Shown: in pieces, positions 31,484-39,432 of the stretch
Layout of the letters: each line of letters starts with the position of its first letter
Numbering within the stretch: position 1 is the first letter of the stretch
Assembly (NCBI GenBank): GCA_965651545.1
Contig: CBFGSY010000002.1
Span: 1 to 41,091, forward strand
Origin: an uncultured bacterium
Lineage (GTDB): Bacteria > Chloroflexota > Limnocylindria > QHBO01
Length of the DNA: 41,091 nucleotides
Direction: 5' to 3'
Translations under genes and position numbers: made by a program
Notes under the pieces: generated by a model
Database searches by the model: none
What the model saw: the letters and a program-made list of their open reading frames with translations, nothing else
What the model was told of the DNA's origin: nothing

Positions 31484-31528
31484 GCCTGGAGACATTACCG
31501 CCAGTCGCTGACGCACGCCACTGACTGC

Positions 31529-31553
31529 GGGAGCCTCCCAGCGGGAGGCTCCC
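31529..31553 (+). terminator. perfect 11-bp stem / 3-nt loop hairpin, GGGAGCCTCCC-AGC-GGGAGGCTCCC
   Basis: Read directly, 46 nt after the GNAT stop. There is no clear U-tract, which is common in high-GC genomes. Confidence 0.5.
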
Positions 31554-31571
31554 GTCACTAATATCCCGGGC

Positions 31572-32894
31572 GTGACGCCAGCGCTGCCGAGCGAGCCCCC
31601 ATACACGCTCCGCGCACGACTGCTGACGCCGATCGACGGCGGGGAGATGGCCTGGCTGGAGGACGCCACGTTATCGGTCGACGCGGACGGGCGGCTGGAG
31701 GCCATCGGTCCCTGGCGGGTCGCCGACGATGACCGTCCGGCAATCGCGGACCTGCGCCCGTGGGTGGTGATGCCTGGCCTGGTTGACCTGCACGCCCACC
31801 TCCCGCAGTTGCCAAATGCCGGCGTGGGCGCCGGGCTGCACCTGCTCGACTGGCTGGACCGATACATCTTTCCGCTCGAGCGCGACTTTGACGAGGCAAC
31901 GGCCAGCCGGGTTGCCCCGGCTGCCTTCCGTGCCTTCGCCAGGGCGGGCACGACCACGGTTGTCGCCTACGGAGCCATCTGGGAGCCGAGCCTGGACGCC
32001 TGCTTCCGCGCCGCCGAGGAGCACGGCATCCGAGCGGTGATCGGCAAGGTGATGATGGATCGCCTCTCCTACGACACGGCGCGGGAGCAGCACGAGATCC
32101 TGGAGCTGTCCCTGCGCCAGTCAGTGGATCTGTGCGCCCGATGGCACGGCCGGGATAACGGCCGTCTCTCGTATGCGTTCACCCCGCGCTTCGCCGTCAG
32201 CTGCTCGGCGGCGATGCTGGCGGCCTCGGCCGCGGCGGCACAGGAGACGGGCGCCTACTGGCAGACGCACCTCAGCGAGGACCGCGGCGAGCTCCGCGAG
32301 GTCGCTCGCCTCTTCCCGGAGGCGTCCGACTACACCGATGTCTACGACCAGGCCGGCGGCCTGCGCCCGCGCAGCATCCTGGCCCACGCCATCCATCTGT
32401 CCGATCGCGAGGTCGCGAGGTTGGCGGAGAGCGGCGCTGCCATCGCTCACTGCCCGGCCTCCAACCTCTTCCTGGCCAGTGGCGCGATGCCGCTGGCCCG
32501 CTATCGGGAGGCGGGGATCGTCATAGGCATGGGGTCGGACGTCGCAGCAGGCCCGGAGGTATCGCTGTTCAGCGTGATGCGGGCGGGGGCGTTCACGCAG
32601 ACCGCGCTGCACGCCATGCGGCTGGCCCCACACCCGGCCATGCCGCCGCTCGAATGGCTGCGCATGGCGACCCTCGGCGGCGCCACGGCGCTTGGCATGC
32701 AGGATCAGATCGGTTCGGTGGAAGTCGGGAAGGAGGCCGACCTGATAGTCGTCGACCCGGACGTCACGCTGCCTCTTGCGGACGCCACGACAGGTGCCGA
32801 TGGAGCAGAAGAGGTCCTGAGCCGCCTCATCTATCGGCCGCACCCCGACATGGTGCGTGGCGCCTTTGTGCGTGGCCGGCTGCTCCCCACTTGA
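31572..32894 (+). CDS. amidohydrolase-superfamily nucleobase deaminase (guanine-deaminase-like)
   Basis: PGLVDLHAHLPQ (HxH metal site), QTHLSEDRGE, ILAHAIHLSD, and GMGSDVAAG. Substrate specificity is inferred only by resemblance to the guanine deaminase / ATZ-TRZ group. Confidence 0.75.
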   Translation: MTPALPSEPPYTLRARLLTPIDGGEMAWLEDATLSVDADGRLEAIGPWRVADDDRPAIADLRPWVVMPGLVDLHAHLPQLPNAGVGAGLHLLDWLDRYIFPLERDFDEATASRVAPAAFRAFARAGTTTVVAYGAIWEPSLDACFRAAEEHGIRAVIGKVMMDRLSYDTAREQHEILELSLRQSVDLCARWHGRDNGRLSYAFTPRFAVSCSAAMLAASAAAAQETGAYWQTHLSEDRGELREVARLFPEASDYTDVYDQAGGLRPRSILAHAIHLSDREVARLAESGAAIAHCPASNLFLASGAMPLARYREAGIVIGMGSDVAAGPEVSLFSVMRAGAFTQTALHAMRLAPHPAMPPLEWLRMATLGGATALGMQDQIGSVEVGKEADLIVVDPDVTLPLADATTGADGAEEVLSRLIYRPHPDMVRGAFVRGRLLPT

Positions 32895-32918
32895 ACGGAT
32901 CGACTACCCTACGCCGCG

Positions 32919-33290
32919 ATGAGCCTGCTGATCGCCATCCTGGTCAATGCGGCCGCGCTGTGGGTGGCGGTGTGGATCGTGCCCGGGCTCAACTGGGACG
33001 GTAACGAGTGGTGGAAGTTCCTGCTGGTGGCGGTCGCCTTCAGCCTCATCAACACCTACCTCAAGCCGATCCTGCGCATCCTCACCTTCCCGATCACGAT
33101 CGTGACGCTGGGCCTCTTCCTGCTGGTCATCAACGCGCTGTTGCTCATGCTGACCGGCCTCATCAGCGGTGAGCTGAACCTCGGGTTCCACGTCGCCGAC
33201 TTCTGGGCAGCGCTGCTGGGCTCGATCGTGATCTCGATCGTTGGCTGGCTCATCTCCATGGTCGTGGGCGCCACCCGCATGGCGGGTTAG
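32919..33290 (+). CDS. phage-holin-4_2 / YvlD (DUF360) family small membrane protein
   Basis: The protein is 123 aa with 3-4 TM helices. The N-terminus MSLLIAILVNAAALWVAVWIVPGL is typical of the family. Confidence 0.7.
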   Translation: MSLLIAILVNAAALWVAVWIVPGLNWDGNEWWKFLLVAVAFSLINTYLKPILRILTFPITIVTLGLFLLVINALLLMLTGLISGELNLGFHVADFWAALLGSIVISIVGWLISMVVGATRMAG

Positions 33291-33328
33291 ATCGTCTGAC
33301 CGATCAACCTCGCGCCGGCCGCCCGGCG

Positions 33329-33952
33329 GTGATTGCCTTCGGGCTGGCGGTAGCGGCCCTGGTGCTGCTGACCGGACCGCTGCTGCTCTTCCTGCCGCCC
33401 GTCGTCTCGTTCGAGCAGGCGCGCCACGATGTCCCGGCCCTGCTCGGCACCGATCAGGCGACGGTGGACCGCGCCACCCGATCGATGCTGGGCGACCTGC
33501 TGGTCAGCGGCGATTTCGCGGTCAGCATCGACGGTCGGGCGCCGTTGCTCGACGAGTCGGAGCGCAGCCACATGCGGGATGTCGGCGGCGTGGTGCGCGG
33601 CCTGATCCTGGCCGAGCTGCTGGCGCTGGTGGTGGCGCTGCTGGCCGGCCGCCTGCTGCGCGGCGAGCCCGTTCGGCGGGGCCTTGCCGCACTCGTCGCC
33701 GGTGCAACGATCGGCGCCGCCGCCGTCGTCCTGGGCGCGTTCTTCGCCTTCGCCTTCGAGACGGCGTTCGCCGCCTTCCATGCCATCTTCTTCGCGGCCG
33801 GCACCTGGCAGTTCGGGCCCGATTCGAACCTGCTGCGCCTCTTCCCACAGCCGTTCTGGTTCGAGCTGGCGCTGATTGCCGGCGCGACCATCGTGCTCGG
33901 TGCGGCACTCGCCGTCCTCCTGGCCCGCCGCGATCTGCGACGAGGGACCTGA
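33329..33952 (+). CDS. integral membrane protein, TIGR01906/DUF1461 family
   Basis: HMRDVGGV, FHAIFF..GTWQFGPDSNLLRLFPQPFW, and four TM segments. The start is GTG. Confidence 0.7.
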   Translation: MIAFGLAVAALVLLTGPLLLFLPPVVSFEQARHDVPALLGTDQATVDRATRSMLGDLLVSGDFAVSIDGRAPLLDESERSHMRDVGGVVRGLILAELLALVVALLAGRLLRGEPVRRGLAALVAGATIGAAAVVLGAFFAFAFETAFAAFHAIFFAAGTWQFGPDSNLLRLFPQPFWFELALIAGATIVLGAALAVLLARRDLRRGT

Positions 33953-33994
33953 GCGCGGGCGGGCGGCTCGCGGGGGCTCGGCTACACTCCAGCG

Positions 33995-35116
33995 GTGGGT
34001 AGAGGATCGTTCAGCATCGGCAGCGTCGCCGGCATCCGCATCCTGCTGCACCCGACCTGGCTGATTATCGCGCTGATCGTCACCCTGGGCATCGCGCTCA
34101 GTGATCTGCCCGCGCTCTTCCCCGGTTGGTCGCCAGTGGCGTACTACGGGTTGGGGGCCGTTGTCGCGGTGCTCTTCTTCGCATCGGTCCTGGCGCACGA
34201 GCTGTCGCATGCCCTGGTGGCGCGCCGGTTCGGGATGGAAGTGCGCGACATCACGCTCTTCATCTTCGGTGGCGCCGCCACGCTGGAGGGCGAAGCCAAG
34301 ACGCCAGGACAGGAGGCGGTGATTGCGCTGGCCGGGCCGGCATGCAGCGTGGCGCTTGGGATCGCGCTGTTCGGCGCAGCGCAGCTGATCGATCATCAGC
34401 TGTTCCGCGAGCTCTCCGCCTGGCTGGGACTCATCAACCTGAGCCTGGCCATCTTCAACCTGATCCCGGCCTTCCCGATGGACGGCGGGCGCGTCCTGCG
34501 GGCGCTGTTGTGGCGGATCCGCGGTGATCAGTTCGTGGCCACCCGCGGGGCGGCGCTGGTTGGCCGCCTCTTCGGCTACTTGCTCATCGCGGCCGGGATC
34601 TGGATGGCGGCCGCCGGCAACTTCTCCTGGCTGTGGCTGGCGCTGATCGGCTGGTTCCTCTCGAACGCCGCTGGTGCAACGGTCACCCAGCTGAGCATCC
34701 AGCGCACGCTGGCAGGGGTGAAGGTGCGCGACGTGATGGAGGAGCAGCCGGCATCGGTCTCGCCAAACGAGAGCGTGGCCGACCTCATCAACGAGCGCCT
34801 GGCACGCGGCGACAGCCGGTCGTTCCTGGTCCGACACGAGGATGGTGGGCTGGCCGGCATCGTGACCCTGACCGACGTGCGGCGCGTGCCCCGCGACGAC
34901 TGGCCTGCGGCACGGGTGACGGACATCATGACCCGCTTTGGCGACCTTGCCGTGGTCAGCCCCGACCAGGACGTGGAGAAGGCGCTGGAGGTCCTGCAGG
35001 AGCGGGAGGTGAACCAGCTGCCCGTGGTCGAGGACGATGGGCGGACCGTGGTTGGGCTCCTGACCCGGGCCGGGATCCTGCGACTGGTGGACGCCCGGCT
35101 GAAGCTCGGCGTCTGA
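33995..35116 (+). CDS. site-2 protease family (M50) metalloprotease with a tandem CBS-domain C-terminus
   Basis: HELSHALVARRFG (HExxH) and NLIPAFPMDGGRVL. The C-terminal CBS pair is VRDVMEEQPASVSPNESV... and VTDIMTRFGDLAVVSPDQDV...LPVVEDDGRTVVGLLTRAGI. Confidence 0.88.
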   Translation: MGRGSFSIGSVAGIRILLHPTWLIIALIVTLGIALSDLPALFPGWSPVAYYGLGAVVAVLFFASVLAHELSHALVARRFGMEVRDITLFIFGGAATLEGEAKTPGQEAVIALAGPACSVALGIALFGAAQLIDHQLFRELSAWLGLINLSLAIFNLIPAFPMDGGRVLRALLWRIRGDQFVATRGAALVGRLFGYLLIAAGIWMAAAGNFSWLWLALIGWFLSNAAGATVTQLSIQRTLAGVKVRDVMEEQPASVSPNESVADLINERLARGDSRSFLVRHEDGGLAGIVTLTDVRRVPRDDWPAARVTDIMTRFGDLAVVSPDQDVEKALEVLQEREVNQLPVVEDDGRTVVGLLTRAGILRLVDARLKLGV

Positions 35117-35120
35117 ACCG

Positions 35121-36314
35121 GTGCGCTCCGTCGAGGAGGCGCTGGACGCCATCCTGGCCAGCGCCCGCCAGACCGGCGTCGAGACAGTTCCACTGGACCG
35201 ATGCGCCGGACGGGTGCCTGCGGCATACCAGGTGGTGGCCGCCGGTGACGTCCCGCCCTTCGACAACTCGTCGATGGACGGCTACGCGCTGCGCGCGGCC
35301 GATGCTCCGGGCCGGCTGCAGCTGCTTGACGAGGTGCGAGCCGGCGTGGCGCTGCTGCCGCAGGTCCAGCCGGGCAGCGCGGTGAGGATCATGACAGGCG
35401 CGCCGATGCCGCCCGGGGCTGATGCCGTGGTGCCAATCGAGGATGCCACCGAGTCCGGCGAAACCGTGGAGGTGCCAATGGTGGAGTCGGGGGCCTTCGT
35501 TCGTCGCGCCGGCCACGACACACGCCGCGGTGAGAGCGTGCAGCTGCCGGCGGCGCCGCTCGGAGCGGCCGGGATCGCCGTGCTCGCCTCGCTGGGCGTC
35601 GGCCAGGTCGAGGTGCGGCGACGGCCCCGGGTCGCAATCCTGTCGACCGGCGATGAGCTGCGCGAGCCAGGGGAGCCACTCGATGCGGGCCAGATCCACG
35701 ATGCCAACGGGCCCTCGCTGGCGGCCGCCGTCGGCGAGGCCGGCGGAGAGGCGGTGATCGTGCCACATGTCGGCGACGATCCCGCTCGGATCGAGCAGGC
35801 CGTCACTTCCGGCGCGCGTGATGCCGATCTGCTGGTGGTCAGCGGTGGCGTCTCGGTGGGTCGCCATGACCACGTTCGATCGGTGATCGAGAAGCTCGGG
35901 ACGCTGGACCTGTGGCGGATCAGGGTGCAGCCGGGCAAGCCGCTCGCCTACGGGTCCGTGCTGGGCGTGCCGGTGCTTGGCCTGCCAGGCAACCCGGTGA
36001 GCGCGCTGGTCACCTTCGAGCTGTTTGCACGGCCGCTCATCCGCCGCATGCTGGGCCTCACGGGAAGTGGCCGCGCAGTGCTGCCGGCGGTTGCGACCGA
36101 GCGGATGGGGAAGGACCCCGATCGACGCGCGTACCTGCGCGTCATTGTCAGCCAGGGTGCCGACGGACTGGTCGCGAGGTCGGCGGGCGGTCAGGCTTCG
36201 TCGCAGCTCCGGCCGCTGGCGGCGGCCAACGGCCTGCTGGTGGTGCCGGAGGGCGAGCCGGCCGCCGAGCCGGGCCGGACGTACGATGCGCTCCTGCTGG
36301 GAGCCATCGGGTGA
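35121..36314 (+). CDS. moeA: molybdopterin molybdenumtransferase
   Basis: Motifs: PPFDNSSMDGYALR, VRIMTGAPMP, ILSTGDEL, VVSGGVSVG, LPGNPVSA. Confidence 0.92.
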   Translation: MRSVEEALDAILASARQTGVETVPLDRCAGRVPAAYQVVAAGDVPPFDNSSMDGYALRAADAPGRLQLLDEVRAGVALLPQVQPGSAVRIMTGAPMPPGADAVVPIEDATESGETVEVPMVESGAFVRRAGHDTRRGESVQLPAAPLGAAGIAVLASLGVGQVEVRRRPRVAILSTGDELREPGEPLDAGQIHDANGPSLAAAVGEAGGEAVIVPHVGDDPARIEQAVTSGARDADLLVVSGGVSVGRHDHVRSVIEKLGTLDLWRIRVQPGKPLAYGSVLGVPVLGLPGNPVSALVTFELFARPLIRRMLGLTGSGRAVLPAVATERMGKDPDRRAYLRVIVSQGADGLVARSAGGQASSQLRPLAAANGLLVVPEGEPAAEPGRTYDALLLGAIG

Positions 36315-37288
36315 AGCCAAGTCACCTCGGCGCGGAGGGAGAGCCGCACATGGTCGACGTGGGGGCCAAGCCGGTCACTGCCCGACGCGCGGCCGCGGAG
36401 GCGACGGTCCGCATGAAGCCGGAGGTGCTGGGCCAGCTGCTGGACGCAGGCGGCCCGAAGGGCGATGCCTTCGCTGTGGCCCGCTTGGCAGGTATCGGCG
36501 CAGCCAAGCGCACCAGCGAGCTCATCCCGCTCTGCCATCCGCTGCCGCTCGATCACGTGGAGCTGGCGCTCACCCCGGAACGCGAGCGCGGCGCGGTCCA
36601 CATCCGCGCCGAGGTGGCCGCCACCGCCCGCACCGGAGTCGAGATGGAGGCGCTGACCGCCGTCAGCGTGGCCGCGCTGACGCTCTATGACATGGCCAAG
36701 GCGCTGCAACGAGACATCGTGGTTGAGCGGGTGCGGCTGCTCGAGAAGGAGGGCGGCAAGTCCGGGACCTGGTCCGCGGATGCGGACGAGCCGCGTGGCC
36801 CCGCCACAGCGACGCACGAGGCGGTCGTGGTCACGTGCTCGAATCGTTCGGCGGCCGGCGAGCGCCCGGATGCCTCCGGTCCCGCCCTTGTCCGGGCGCT
36901 GTCCGAGGCCGCCTGGGACGTGGAACCGGGGGCGCTGGTCGTGCCGGACGATATCGTTCAGATCGCCGCCACCGTTGCGCGCCTGGCGGATGAGGGCCAT
37001 CGGCTCATCCTGACGACCGGTGGGACCGGCCTCAGCCCCACCGATGTCACCCCCGAGGCCACCAGGCGGGTCATCGAGCGCGAGGTGCCCGGACTGGCGG
37101 AACTCATGCGGGCCGGCGGGATGGCCTCCACGCCGATGGCCGCGCTTTCGCGTGGGCTGGTGGGCGTCCGCGGTTCGTCGCTCATCGCCAACCTGCCGGG
37201 TTCGCCGAAAGGCGCTGCCGAGTCCCTGGCGGCGCTGTTGCCGGTGCTCCGGCACACCACTGATCAGCTGGCAGGCATCGATCACTGA
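36311..37288 (+). CDS. fusion of cyclic pyranopterin monophosphate synthase MoaC with a MogA/MoaB-type molybdopterin adenylyltransferase domain
   Basis: GTGA overlap with moeA. The N-terminal half has MVDVGAKPVTARRA and LIPLCHPLPL. The C-terminal half has AVVVTCSNRSAAGERPDASG and LILTTGGTGLSPTDVTPEAT. Confidence 0.88.
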   Translation: MKPSHLGAEGEPHMVDVGAKPVTARRAAAEATVRMKPEVLGQLLDAGGPKGDAFAVARLAGIGAAKRTSELIPLCHPLPLDHVELALTPERERGAVHIRAEVAATARTGVEMEALTAVSVAALTLYDMAKALQRDIVVERVRLLEKEGGKSGTWSADADEPRGPATATHEAVVVTCSNRSAAGERPDASGPALVRALSEAAWDVEPGALVVPDDIVQIAATVARLADEGHRLILTTGGTGLSPTDVTPEATRRVIEREVPGLAELMRAGGMASTPMAALSRGLVGVRGSSLIANLPGSPKGAAESLAALLPVLRHTTDQLAGIDH

Positions 37289-37428
37289 CGAATTTGGCGC
37301 ACAACCTGCAGACCTTGCCCATGCGCCCGAGCTGAGTATCACCGCGGAGCGGCAACCGGCCCGTTGGGAAGGAGATGTTGAGGCCCTTGCCGGTTCCCGG
37401 CATTCCCTGCGATATCGGAGACACTCAG

Positions 37429-39327
37429 ATGACGATCACTCATCGCCGCTCCCTGCGCCGATTGATGGCCACTGCGGCGGCGGCCATTCTCGCCCTGTCC
37501 GCTGCTGCACCAACGACCGCGGTCACGCCGAGTGCCGACGGCGACGACAAGATCAGCGGTCAGACATATGTCCGTCACGACGGCGGCACGGACACCGGCA
37601 TCACCCATTGCAACAACGCGGCGACCAACCCGGCGCCCGACAACAACCCGAACGATGCCGATATCGACTCGAACGACGGCGGCAGCCGCCGGCAGGGCAA
37701 TGAGCCGTACTCGGTGATCGATCCCACGCAGCCAAGCCACGTCTTCGCCGGCTGGAATGACTACTGCCTGACCGATCTCGGCGCCGGCTGGCAGGGCTTC
37801 GCCTTCTCGCTCAACGGAGGCGAGAGCTGGACGAACTCGATCGTGCCCGGCTATCCGCAGGACACCTCTGCCGAAGGCATGGCCTCACCGCTGTTCCGCA
37901 CGCACACCGATGCCGGCGACCCGATTGCGGCCTTCGACTCGACCGGCCGGCTTTTCGTCGGCGGTATCGCCTTCAACCGCGTAAAGCCATCGAACGGCGA
38001 TGTCTACGTTGCCACCTATGGCACGAGCCCAGTGGGTGCCTACCCAGTCGATTACCAGCGGACGCGCATTGTCGGGCGGGGAACGCCCTCGCAGGTCATT
38101 GGCGGCATCTTCCAGGACAAGCCGATGCTCGAGGTCGACCGGACAGGCGGTCCGGACGACGGAAACGTGTACGTGTGCTGGAGCCGATTCACTGGTGCCG
38201 GCATGAACAAGGTGTTCTTCAGCCGCTCAATCGATCACGGCAATAGCTTCAGCCGCCCTGTCGCTATCTCGCGATCCCAGGAGATCGGCTCGGTACAGGG
38301 CTGTGACATCGCTATCGAAGCTGACGGCGATGTCTATGTGAGCTTCAGAGCCAACCAGGGCAGCAGGGCCAAGCGAGCTGGCATGGGCTTCGTTCGGTCT
38401 ACCGACGGGGGCGTGACCTTCTCGCGCGCGACCCTGGCGACAACAGCCTTGATCTACAACCCGTTCGATGTGAGTCGCGATTGCGGCGACGGCATCGAGC
38501 ACTGCCCGTCGGACCTCGTCTTCCACCGCTATCCGCTGGAGCCACGGCTCACCGCGGACCAGACCGGTGAGCTGGCGGGCGTCTGGCTAACGTTCAATGC
38601 CGTCGATCCCGCCACCGTGGTGCCGAGCGATCCGGCGAAGGCGGGCAGCTACCACTCGGCTGGCTCAGGCTTCGTTGGCCAGTCGGTTATCTACGTGGCC
38701 CGCACCACGAACAACGGCGCGACCTGGTCCAAGATGAAGGTCGAGGCCAGTCCGCAAGGCCACCAGTACTTCCCGGACATCGACTCGCATGCCGGTGAGC
38801 TGGCGGTGGTCTGGCAGGACAACCGAGGCCCCACCTACGACGTCCAGTACCCGCCCGGCAACACCCGGGACGGGCAGGGACGCGCCATCTCAGCAGGCAC
38901 ATCGATCGTCAACACCTTCACGGCCGAATGGCAGGGCTCGGGGTTCGGTCCGACGGTGAAGGTCTCCAGCGTGGCTCACCAGCCGCAATACGAGATGTTC
39001 GCCGCGCGCTCTGTTCCGTTCCAGGGCGACTACAACTGGATCTCGCTCGCCGAACTGGCCAATGGAAGCGTCATCGGCTACATGAGCTGGACCGATAATC
39101 GGAACGTCGTTCCGGGCTCTGATCCGCGGGAGCTCCAGGAGCAGGATGGGTTCAACGACGGATTCGACGTGGCGCAATGCTTGATCGACCTGAATCCACC
39201 CGACGAGAACGACGTGCTGGCGGGCATCCCGCTGGCAAGGGCCGAAGCCCCGTTTACTGGCAACAACTGTGGCAACAACGGCGGCCTCGACCAGAACATC
39301 TACGGGATCAGCGTTACCTTCGACTGA
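37429..39327 (+). CDS. exported BNR/Asp-box repeat (sialidase-like beta-propeller) protein
   Basis: GGAG lies 8 nt upstream of ATG 37429. The signal is Tat-like (MTITHRRSLRRLMATAAAAILALSAAAPTTA). Asp-box motifs are SLNGGESWT, SIDHGNSFS, STDGGVTFS, TTNNGATWS. An alternative start is ATG 37375. Confidence 0.8.
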   Translation: MTITHRRSLRRLMATAAAAILALSAAAPTTAVTPSADGDDKISGQTYVRHDGGTDTGITHCNNAATNPAPDNNPNDADIDSNDGGSRRQGNEPYSVIDPTQPSHVFAGWNDYCLTDLGAGWQGFAFSLNGGESWTNSIVPGYPQDTSAEGMASPLFRTHTDAGDPIAAFDSTGRLFVGGIAFNRVKPSNGDVYVATYGTSPVGAYPVDYQRTRIVGRGTPSQVIGGIFQDKPMLEVDRTGGPDDGNVYVCWSRFTGAGMNKVFFSRSIDHGNSFSRPVAISRSQEIGSVQGCDIAIEADGDVYVSFRANQGSRAKRAGMGFVRSTDGGVTFSRATLATTALIYNPFDVSRDCGDGIEHCPSDLVFHRYPLEPRLTADQTGELAGVWLTFNAVDPATVVPSDPAKAGSYHSAGSGFVGQSVIYVARTTNNGATWSKMKVEASPQGHQYFPDIDSHAGELAVVWQDNRGPTYDVQYPPGNTRDGQGRAISAGTSIVNTFTAEWQGSGFGPTVKVSSVAHQPQYEMFAARSVPFQGDYNWISLAELANGSVIGYMSWTDNRNVVPGSDPRELQEQDGFNDGFDVAQCLIDLNPPDENDVLAGIPLARAEAPFTGNNCGNNGGLDQNIYGISVTFD

Positions 39328-39350
39328 CCGGTCCTGAGCCGATCGGCTAC

Positions 39351-39383
39351 ACGAGGGGCGGGGCCGCACGGCCCGCCCCTCGT
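39351..39383 (+). terminator. GC-rich hairpin ACGAGGGGCGGGGCC-GCAC-GGCCCGCCCCTCGT (one bulge)
   Basis: Read directly, 24 nt after the BNR gene stop. Confidence 0.6.
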
Positions 39384-39432
39384 CGCCCATCCGACGCGGC
39401 CGCCGGACGGCGCCCGGTAGCATGACCGGCGA

